A stretch of DNA of 63,059 bases, counting the filler, from Hyphochytrium catenoides (Eukaryota; Protista; Hyphochytriomycota): the NCBI GenBank assembly GCA_900088475.1. It is 12 parts of 12 records of this genome, joined end to end, with 100 filler letters (N's around TTAATTAATTAA, not from the genome) between each part and the next. Parts side by side here need not be neighbours in the genome. Positions count along the whole stretch, not along the records: positions 34,487 to 53,229 come from FLMG01002641.1; 11 more parts are not named here. One strand, written 5' to 3'. Below are positions 37,222 to 47,186 of the stretch, in pieces. Position 1 is the stretch's first letter. The number at the start of each line of letters is the position of its first letter. The notes below the pieces were generated by a model. The model saw nothing but the letters and a program-made list of their open reading frames with translations, was not told the DNA's origin and searched no databases. The position numbers and the translations under genes were made by a program.

Positions 37222-40200
37222 TCACTGAAAGCCGCCAGGTCCTGGTGTTAACATAAGAAGGAGCTCCTGAGAGCAATAGTCTAGCCCCTCCACGTAGTTG
37301 AAATGATTTCGCTGGATTATTCTCTCCTCCTCGTCACCTTCCTCATCATCATGCTGCATTGACCCTTCACCACCATAGCTACGCCTGGATGGGCTCTTCT
37401 GCTCTGCTTTCTTAGGACTTTTACTAATCAGAGAAGCGTGACTTCCAGCTCTTGGAGGAGGAGAAGAGGGCACAGGGATGTAGGGAGGCTTCATCTGTCG
37501 AAGAAGCGCAAAGTTGACGTCATCAAAGAAAGAGTGGCTCTTGATAGCGATGGACGACTGAATCCTCTCTTCCACATTCTGTTTAAAAGTAATTAGAAGG
37601 TTAGAGCCTGGCAATTTCTAAGGTGTTACGATCAGGGTAAGAGAGATGTCCACAGAGAAGAACAGGTCAATGGCACTAGTAACCGGAGAGAGCTATCTTA
37701 GGAAGGTCTAGAAGAGGCGAAGAGGAGATGATGAAGACGGTGGCAAGAACCAAGGAAAGAGCTCTTTGCTTCACCTTGACAAGAAGCAGCCTGATTAGCT
37801 CCTTGAGCTTGGCTGACAGGGCTTTCTCCTCCGGAAAAGTGAGTTCATCTTCCAAGATGCGTCTTAATGTATCAGGCTGTTAGGCGTACCACGCATGCCG
37901 GGCGGCAGGCGTTGAAAAACAAAAGGTAGAGACCATGACGAGGACGGAACTGCTTAGAATAATGGGACAATAACCTAGAAAACAACGGAAAGGACCTACT
38001 CCGTTTTCTCCTGCAAAGGGTGTCCTTCCTGTTGCCATCTCGTACATCAGAATCCCTGGATGGACATCAATATTGAGATTTACATACACAATTATCATCG
38101 ATTGGTAGACAGTCAAGAGCTAAAAGAGAGAGAGAGAGAGAGAATATCTGAGGGAGATTCTAACTATCGAAGGATGCCATTCTCACAACCGCCAAGATAC
38201 AATTCAAGAGGAGATTGACATACCGAAGGTCCACCAGTCAACTGTCCCTGTGTAAGACTCGCCTCTAATGATCTGCAGAACAGAGAAGCAGATATGTCAG
38301 GAACCACGCACTTTCCATGCAGCTTGGTCTAGCCTGTCGCGTATCTTATGATCTCTCTCTCTCTCTCTCTCTCTGTCTTCTCTCTTTCTCTCTCTCTCAC
38401 ACACACACACACACAGACAAACTCTCTCTTATAATCTCACACACACTCTCATTTTCATACTCTCTTTCACATGCGCATGCTCACTCTTTCTCTATCCCAT
38501 TTGTCTTGTCTGTCATACCTCTGGCGCGACATACTCTAGTGTGCCAACAAAAGACTTGGAGCGGGTTACACGCAGATGCATGTCAGTTTCCACCACTGGA
38601 AAGTCCTCCACCATGGATTTCCTGGAGTTCGTCCGGGAACAAGGGCTGCCAAGGCAGCAAGAAACAGTGGACGCCACGGAAGCAACCTCCTGGGTCTCTA
38701 TCTCTATCTGCTTAGGTGGGCTGGAGGTCAAGCGATTTAGGTAACGTTTTCCAAGCTGAGGCAGATTCAGCGACCCAAAAAAAGAGGGTTGATAGAGGAG
38801 GATAGAAGGAGAACAGAGGAGGATCGAGTTGAGGTGAAGGCCGAGGTGCAGGTGACCTACGCAGAGTAGATACAATCAACGTAATAGCAGCGTCTAAGCT
38901 TGGATAAATATCTCACCCGGTAAGGCTATGCTTCGAACCAAAGAACGATTTACGACTGTGCTTTGATCCCATCAGGCTCCTCAAGGTTGAGGTCCGCCTC
39001 GGTGATTCTGCCGCTCCTGCTCCGGGGGGTGCGAAGGCCTTGGAAAGATCAAAGTCCGTGAGTAGTAGGAAGCCATCGTCTCCAATCAAAATATTCTCAG
39101 GCTTCAGATCTGGATTAAGGAAAGTAGGGTTGGCCAGGTTTAGCTACTTTTCCTCAGGACATATATATAGTGCAAGGAGAGGCCAACCTCGATAAACATA
39201 GCCCTTTAAGTGGATGTACTCGAGCGCCGCAAGCACTTGTGCTGCGTAGAATTTGACCTCCTTTTCCTATTTTGGAATACCAACTGAGTATGCAAAGGTG
39301 GCGAGACAAGCTCATAGATGTGTATCCAGTGGACTCTTGAATGCCAATAAAGGAAAGAGACGGAAAGAGGGGAACGGAAGATAGGACTAGCAGTAGGGGC
39401 ATTCCCGTGCAAGTACCTCGAAGGGCCTGTCCTTTCTGGACTTTAGATAATGATACATGTTCCCGCCGGAAGCATAATTCATTAATAAGAAAAGGCGATT
39501 CTCAGTCTGAAAGCTAGCGTAGAGATTCACGATAAATGGATGAGAAGAATCCCTTAGGAAATCGATCTCCGGATGCAGGGGGTTGAGATCCTGTCAGGGA
39601 CAGAGGGTCAGCTCCAGTTAAGACCTATAATCGTCTAGGCAAGAGCAATGTCCTCACCGCTCCTTTGCGAAGATGGTTCTTACTCATCTCCTTCAAGGCA
39701 AAGCGCCGTCCTGGTATTCTCTGATGTTTAGTGGCGGAGTTAGAGGAATCGTGCAGATTAGTAACAAAGGTCATCGAAAACTCACCCGGTGGGTCGCCAG
39801 CCAGACTTTCCCGACATTGCCTTCTCCTATCACCCTCTCGAGGTTGAAATCGCGTAGAGACTTGACGACATGTCGCTCAGCCTTTAGACTTCCTCTATGT
39901 TTGGCTATCGTAGTGAGCTGACCGGCCGAGTTCTTCTTTTCCTCCTCCTCTTCCGAGCTGTACTCCTCCTCGGAAACGTAACCAATATTGGAGGCGATCT
40001 CACTGTCATCAAAAAACTGTTTTCCAGGAGAAGGAGAAGGAGTCTTCTTCTTTTCTTCGTTCTTCTCCTCCGCACCAGTGATCCAGGACCTGGCGATCTG
40101 CAGTAAGGGCAAGGAAAGAACTTGAGATCCGTCCATGACTCGAGCTGATACCCGGCCTGAGAACCGGGAAGATTTCGTTTGCTCTTATGGAAGATGTTGA

Positions 40201-40436
40201 ATGACCTTCATCTTAGGGATCTTGCTGGTTGACAGCTGCGTGGAGTTCGAACTGCATAAAGGTGATTAGCTGTTCGAGACAGCTCGGTTATGAGCCTAAG
40301 AAGATGAACGTCCATCTTTGCGATTGATCCTGGCGACTCTCTTCTGCCTGTCTCCAAAGTCGAAAGGCTCCTCCTGCCGTGCCACGGCTCTGACACTGTC
40401 AATGTCTTCATGGGTCCAAAAGGTACGTGATGTCAT
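37222..40436 (-). CDS. AGC Ser/Thr kinase with DFD motif (AGCVIII/phototropin-kinase/Fpk1-Kin82/NRC-2 type); multi-exon, start uncertain
   Basis: IGEGNVGKVWL, FALKEM, HPFIVNLYASFQT, EYIHLKGYVYRDLKPENIL, LTDFDLS, a long activation-loop insert, SKSFVGTLEYVAPE, VDWWTFGILMYEM..GRTPF, HSFFDDVNFALLRQMKPPYIP. Confidence 0.92.
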
Positions 40437-40692
40437 GATGGCGGAAGATGCGGTGCAGCTTCACTTTGGAGCGGAAGGCGTGAGGAGGAGTCACAGCATT
40501 CAAAAGGAGGCCAGTGCGGGAAGAAGATGAGTGCACTTTGGTGTTCCCTCCAGAAAGGAAAACGGCCCCTCTGGACTTATCTTCGGCTCTTCGGCTGCAC
40601 CACTGCCCCCATCATCACTCAGCGTATCATAAATAAGAATAGTATTATCCCTGAATAGAACAATACTGGCTATTAGGATCAGAAATACACCC

Positions 40693-40717
40693 GGTTAGGG
40701 TTAGGGTTAGGGTTAGG
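40693..40717 (+). repeat. Interstitial telomeric repeat, about 4 units of TTAGGG
   Basis: ggttagggttagggttagggttagg. Confidence 0.9.
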
Positions 40718-41305
40718 CCTAAATCAGAACCAGCCTAAAGTCGACGAAATGGAAGACATCCCTTGACCATTTCTTGACACACACACTCCACAACTTCCAG
40801 CGACAATAACCGCAAAAGCAGTAAATTTAGCTATCTCTAATGTAATATTTGACGGTCATTGGGAAACTTGACAACCAATAAATTGACTTATTGCGAAAGA
40901 TAAATTAGGATGGGCACTTTGAATAAGAAAAATGATGGGTTCTCCCTAACCATTTATTATGTTAGCCTCCGATTTAGAACAAGATGGAATTGTCTTGGGA
41001 GTTCTAGGATACTTCACAGGTGTGTTCGTATGGCCAGGAAGAACAAGGACTCTAAAGCAGATCCTTTTCTTCTTTATTACGTACAAATCAAGGTAAAAAT
41101 AGACGGGAAGTACGGAGGCGATAAGCGCTTCTGACCACATGCAAAACCCATTCTTCTATTTATTAGTGGTCAAAGGAGAAAGACAGAGGGAAGCAAAAGA
41201 CAGAGTAGAGAGAGAGAGCAAGAGAGAGAAAAGAGGGACAGAGCGGGTAGGGCGGGCAGAGAGACAGAGTGGTAAAGCGATTGAGGAAAGGAAAAGTGAG
41301 CGAGA

Positions 41306-41344
<39 letters not shown>

Positions 41345-41358
41345 TATAAGAGAGAGAT

Positions 41359-41402
<44 letters not shown>

Positions 41403-41956
41403 GTAAACAACTACTCTTTCCCACAGTACATAAAGGGCAAGCTAACTAAAGGCAAAGACACAGGCGTTTCACAGAGGAGGAGAAAGAGAGCATGTCGTTC
41501 ATCTCTCTCCTTTCAGCCGTAGCCCGGACGAGGTAGAACGTATCCCTGAGGACAAGCGGAGAGAGAGAGAGAGAGTGAACAGCTAAAGAGAGAGAGAAGA
41601 GAGAGAAGCTCGACCAACAAAGTGGGAAGTGCAAGAGAAAGCCAACGAGAGTGATCTGTCCATAAGTCTGTTCCCTCCTTAAAGCCAGAAGGACCATTGA
41701 CGAGGGTCTCTCTCCGCACGCAAACCTCACAGCAGATGCTCGCTTCTAAGCCACGCCATTTGTGAAGCAGCGAGCTTGTGTCGAGCGGCAACGGCACTCT
41801 ATCGCATCTTTTCTCTCTTCTCTCTGCGCCAGCCTATCGACCACGTACAGCCAAGATCCAGAGACAGTAATAGAAAGTCTGCAGGGAGGTAACATCGATT
41901 GCTAAGATTCGATAGACAAGGGCCGTGTCCTAGAAAGCTTTACATTAGATTCAAAG

Positions 41957-43033
41957 ATGGCCTCGGAGGACAACAGGACGCTGCTCGCTGAAGGGGCGGA
42001 GAAGCTTCAACAGGAAGAGAAGTCGAGCATGGTGCACTATGAAAACAGCGTCTCTGAGCTGGACGACCTCAAAGCTTTGCTTAAGAAGCAGAAGGAGCCG
42101 CCCCTTTCCATCCGTTACCTTGTGGACCTCCTTGCCGCAGCTGGTGCCTCTCTCTTAGTCTCTCCCTTTATCACCATCATTGACAGGTAAAGCCTCCTCT
42201 TTTCTCTAATAGTGCCAGCTTGAGTCAGAGTTCTTACACCTTCTTTCAGGTCAATCATAGAGAATGCCTCGGGCAAGAGGACTTTAGGGGAAGGTATTAG
42301 GACCTATGCAAAGGACTTCTTCTCCCGCCCTCACCGATTTCTGATGCGCAAAGAGTTCCACTTCGTGTACGCTCTGTACTTTGGCACATACCTTGCTGCC
42401 AATAGTGTGGACACGACTTGCGCTCACTTGGACAGAGAAAGTACTTGGCCCAAATTCCTTACGACCTCCAGCGTCAATGTCGCTCTTTGCGTCTGGAAAG
42501 ACCGGGCTTTCACGAGGATGTTTGGCATCGGCGCACCAAAGCCGCTGAGAATGTTTACTTTCTCCATGTTCGCCATCAGAGATACGCTAACCAATGTGGC
42601 CTCGTTTACCCTGCCTGGCATTGCAACTACCTACCTGCAGCATGAGAGAGGCTGGAATCAGCATTCTGCTGACATGACATCCCAGCTCCTATGCCCTGCT
42701 GCTATGCAGCTAATTTCTACGCCTCTCCATCTGTTAGGCGTTGATGTCTATAATCACCCACAGGCGCCTGTCGCTCAACGGATAGCACTGATTCGCAAAG
42801 AGTATTGGAAGTCAGCAGCTGCCCGAGTGGGCCGCATCGGCCCAGCTTTTGGTTTTGGAGGCATCTCTAACCGCTATATCCGTGAGAACCTAGGCGCACA
42901 TCTCATCTTTGACCCCAAGATTCCCATTGCGCAGCGCAGAGCTCTCTCCGCCCTACCGCGACGAGCATCCTCGGCTACGATGGATACGTTCTACATCATT
43001 CCGCCTTCTGAGAGCACCCTTTGGTCGAGGTGA
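41957..43033 (+). CDS. Conserved mitochondrial-carrier-like membrane protein (S. pombe C365.16-like family); 2 exons, intron 42187-42249
   Basis: SPFITIIDRSIIENASG, Y.GTYLAANSVDT, WKDRAFTRMFG, FAIRDTLT..ASF, AQLxxP-like QLLCPAAMQLISTPLHLLG.D.YN, R..RIGPAFG.GG..N. Family assignment is from recall. Confidence 0.7.
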
Positions 43034-43237
43034 GGGCTAAAATGACCCATGAGCGAGAGTGTGGACTAAAGCAGAGGAATGGGCCAGATCAGGGCAAAGA
43101 GGAAGACGTAGGCCCAGCAGCAATAGAGACAATATCTACCTGCAGACGATAATGTGGCGGTCAGACTGTCCAGCAGCTGACAGAGGCCAAGTATGAGGAA
43201 GCATGTCCTTCCCTATTTATTAATCCACTCGGCACGA

Positions 43238-43500
43238 TCAACGTGCTCTAATACCGATAGCGTCTAGTTGAAAATAGCCATATCTCAAGCTTTTCTCGCA
43301 TGTTGTGCGCCTGTCGGCATGCATCTTTCCCCGATGCGATGCCTGAAAGGCATTTGCCTCTACTCGAAGCTCCTTGACTAGCCAGAGCATTATCATAAGG
43401 CGAGCATGCATCATCGCCCCTAACGCCGTATAGTTCTCGACTTCAGAGCCGCGTTTGTTCACAAGGCCAATGTGATCATCACATTACCTTGGACCGTTCG
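43238..43500 (-). pseudogene. Possible decayed ankyrin-repeat relic
   Basis: ENYTAL..MLWLVKELRVEAN resembles an ankyrin repeat end; the frame is broken upstream. Confidence 0.3.
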
Positions 43501-43613
43501 CCACATAGATATCAGATAGAACGTAAAAGACGAAAGATAGAGAGGACAGGAGTGCCACGGATGAAGCAACTATACGTCGCCATCATAACTGAAGCATAGT
43601 GAGCTTCGTGTCT

Positions 43614-44618
43614 TCAGCGCACAGATCGAGCCTGCTCATACAGCGCAGTCACCAGTTCAATAGCATCCTTTGGGTAGAAAGGATCCGGCCGAGAACGGCC
43701 TTTGGAATAGTCCCTGTTAATGACTCTCATCGCCTCGTTCTCGATGCTCGCAAAGCCATGAAGAGCGCCTAGCATACCGCCAACAATAGCTGCATTGGTG
43801 TCAGTATCCCCACCCTTGAGCAAAGTAGCTTTGATCCCATCCCTATAACTACAGCGACGTTTGAGGAAATAGAAGCAAAGGATAAAAGCCCACTTTACCC
43901 AGCCAATGTGATGCTTGCAGTCCAGGCGTTCCAAGCTCTGTAACGACTCTGCCTCTTTAAGCCACTCCAGGACAAGCTCAGAAGCATGAGTCTCCACCCA
44001 TTTCTGGGCCGCTGCAAAGGCTCCCTCGGCATCTCCGGGGTGGATGAGAAGATGGGCAATAGCAAGGCAATAGGCTGCATTGCACTCAAGGCATACAGGA
44101 GATGGATGAGAAAGAGACGCATCAAGCTGGGCATAGTGGACAATAGACTCAGAAGGTAGGCGATGAGCCCAGACAGCTAAAGGAGTCACTCTCATCAGGG
44201 CGCCGTTAGCCTGACTGTCCATATTATGGGTCCGAGAACTCTCCCTCATCGCTTCTCCTCTTCTCTCTTTCTCAACGCTCGAAGATAGAGAAAAAGCTGC
44301 AGCACAAGTGTTTCCGATATCGAACGGCTTTGACGCCTCCCATTCCATATATTTCGAGGCGACCTCGTCCAGAGGAAAGCCCTGAGCAGGGAGAATCGAA
44401 GATGACGCTAATGCGCGACCAAGACACAAGGCCAGCTCACTATCATCCGTTATTTGTCCCTTTCCAACCTGGAACATCCCTCCTCCGGGCAACGTCATGG
44501 CCTGCTCTACATGGTCTTCTTTGATTTCTCCGGGGAAGAATTCAAGCACGGCACCAGAGGCATCTCCAATAAAGGCACCCAGGACAGCACCTAAAGCATG
44601 GTCGCACGAGGACGTCAT
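43614..44618 (-). CDS. ADP-ribosylglycohydrolase (ARH/DraG family), intronless, 334 aa
   Basis: GAFIGDASG, GQITDDSE, DIGNT, ANGALMR, SHP, GGDTDTNAAIVG; the metal-binding TDD and DTDT motifs are intact. Confidence 0.95.
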   Translation of the reverse strand: MTSSCDHALGAVLGAFIGDASGAVLEFFPGEIKEDHVEQAMTLPGGGMFQVGKGQITDDSELALCLGRALASSSILPAQGFPLDEVASKYMEWEASKPFDIGNTCAAAFSLSSSVEKERRGEAMRESSRTHNMDSQANGALMRVTPLAVWAHRLPSESIVHYAQLDASLSHPSPVCLECNAAYCLAIAHLLIHPGDAEGAFAAAQKWVETHASELVLEWLKEAESLQSLERLDCKHHIGWVKWAFILCFYFLKRRCSYRDGIKATLLKGGDTDTNAAIVGGMLGALHGFASIENEAMRVINRDYSKGRSRPDPFYPKDAIELVTALYEQARSVR

Positions 44619-44928
44619 GGAAACGTCTCCTGGGTTCTGTCACGTCGCCTTTATTAGGAATGCTTCGTCCTCAAAATGGTTCAGGACAAGAGGTCTGTAC
44701 TGAAATATGGCCAATAAAGATGACGGAGTACGCCACGACTGAATAAGCCAGCGGTGAATGTGCTTCTCCTGTCGTCCTCCTGTCAGGCGCTGCAAGAAAT
44801 CATAAGACCTGCAGTGGCTGCCCGATCTCCATGAAGATTTGCAGATATCTGCAGATGAAGTTTGACCTTCAATAACCAACCATGGGTTTACCCAAGTGAC
44901 CAACATTATCTTCCCTTAATAAGCAACA

Positions 44929-44943
44929 GTTAGGGTTAGGGTT
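44929..44943 (+). repeat. Short interstitial telomeric repeat
   Basis: gttagggttagggtt. Confidence 0.7.
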
Positions 44944-45234
44944 CGAAGGAGAAACATAGGTAATATGGGTCTCATGCAGGAGTCTCTCTCCGGCCGATCA
45001 TCATCATCATCAGGCGCCTTCCTCTCTTGCCCTTCCGCTCGTCATAGGCCATTGGATGATAAGCAATCTATTAGAAGGATCTCTATGCTACGATAGCAAT
45101 CGAGACCAATGCCTTCAAACGCGCTGCTTTTGCCAGGTCTGTCAATGAACTATCACCTCATCACGCCGTCTAACTCCTTCTACTATCGAGGTCCTAGGTA
45201 GGCCTGACTTAGGCTCCTCCTCTCTATGAGGGCA

Positions 45235-46800
45235 TTATAACCATGTTGAGGCTTGGCAAACCTGGGGAATCATACTGCCGTAGTGATGGGCAAGGGCAGG
45301 CCTCCTCACAGCAAGCAGCCTGTAGTAGGCCTCAGACATGGAAAACCTCCTGCATTCATTACAAAGATATCGCGGTCCCCATGGGCGCGCCGCTCTTTCA
45401 CTTGTACACCGTGATGAAAGCAGGAAAGGAGCAACAACGGGAGTCCACACCAGTCTTTTCACCATAAATAATATCGTAGTAGGAGGCCATAACTCTGCAA
45501 AGCAGGCTGCATCCCTAACTGTTACACCGTCTCCGAGAAGACAGTCGTTCGGGGAAGAAGCTCAGACAGAGAATCCATAGTGAAGGACGGAGTTAGGTAG
45601 ATTCTGCCCATAGTTGATGGTGATCTGCTCTCCTGGACTATAATCATACCGAGCGTAGACATAGACAGCCTGGTCTGAGGTCGCAAAGAGGTGATACTGA
45701 TTGTTCGTAGGGCTCGGTAAGTGATTGAGCATGTCTGCTAATGGGACAAGGATCAGGCGATCCCCAAATGTCATGGCTCTGCTAACCACGTTCGAATAAG
45801 CGAGCAGAAACGCTTCCAACGAGGCGGTGGCAAAGCTTGGAGCGAGCGACGGAGCAGAGGGCCCAAGAACATTCTCCTGCAAGTTCTGATAAAGGATGCG
45901 AATGTTCTCTTGAGCAGCTTTGTCTGTTAGAAAGTTGCCTTGCACTTCTTTGGGAAGTGTGGCAGCGTAAACTCTGTCGCCGTCCTCTTGCTGACTTTGC
46001 TTTGCTACGTCTCCTTCGTTGGCATCGGGGGTGGATAAAAGATAAAGAAGATAGACTGCTAGCTTTGTCACGTCGTCATAAGCATCCAGTGCCTCGTAGA
46101 TGCCCCTTAGGGCAGCGTGAGCACTCAGATTGTCAGTGGTTATAAGCACATTCTTCGGAACCTTGAGGAAACATGTGCCGCCGGCGATGGGCTGCTTGCA
46201 GCGTAAGCCTCGACCCCATGGATGTCCGTAGTCAGCAATCTCGACGTTATCAACTCCTTCAGCACCAGCCTTCTTCATATATTGATAAAGTGAGGCGTAG
46301 ATCTCGGGCTGCTCCATTTTCTGTTGGACTCAACTGCCGCCGATGGTTTCTTTCTGGGACCGTCTTCCCTTAGGCTGTATAGAGCAGAGATAGACGGAGG
46401 CTGCTTAGTCAGTAGAGCCTGCCTGCTGCTGCTGGTCCTGCTCCTGCTGCTATTACCGCTAGTCCTGTTGCTGGTCCTGTTGCCGTTGCTCTTGTTGCTC
46501 TTGTTTGCCGCTTCCTTCGCTCTTAGAACTGTTGCCTACTGCTGCGCGCTGCTGCTCCTGTTGCTTCTTGCTGCTGCTGCTGCTGAGCCCTGGGTCCTCT
46601 GCTGCTGACAGGTCAGAGCGAGAACGAAGGATGAAGTGGAGCCACCCTTACTGTTGCCGTTAGCGGCCTGGATCAGGTGGAGTTGAAGCAGCCAAAAGCT
46701 CCATCAAAAGCGTCTTCAAAATCTTCATCAAAGTCCTCACTACTCATCTGCAGCAGCTTGAGCCTGCAGTGTGGACTCTTATAAAGATGATCGGGCTCTT
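45235..46800 (-). pseudogene. SET-domain methyltransferase (SETD3/Rubisco-LSMT type), probably pseudogenised; core ORF 46317-45562
   Basis: WGRGL, VPKNVLIT, AYSNVVSRA, LVPLADMLNH, GEQITINYG..PNS.L.HYGF. There is an in-frame TGA before SPNDC, and stops interrupt the upstream Gln-rich frame. Confidence 0.7.
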
Positions 46801-47070
46801 CTTCCCAGGCCTCTGAATAGTTAGGACTGTCGGTTGAGGCTGCAAGAGGTGCGCGGTGCCGGGCCGATGTATCCTTATGATGCCTCTCACCTCCAACAGC
46901 TTGTTAGCTGTTCGGAGCCTCCGTGTTAGGAGCTAGGGACAGTGATGACCCGACGGATGTTAAATATTGACTCAGCTGATAAATAATACCTTCTCCTCTA
47001 CTCTGTCTCTCCTCCTTGCCTTCGTCTGATGGTCTTCTCGCTCACTCCTCTCCTACAGTCTCTCTCTCTG

Positions 47071-47111
<41 letters not shown>

Positions 47112-47186
47112 TGCACTCGCTTTTGTGTGCACGTCATAGCTTCCACTTTGCTCGTTCTAGCCCTACTCTATCACTCTTCATTGACT

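Noticed and set aside
46440-46470. UAR=Gln or UGA-reassigned genetic code
   Set aside because: Conserved genes (ARH, uL15m, kinase, C365.16-like) have no in-frame stops and end in TAA, TAG or TGA, so the standard code fits.
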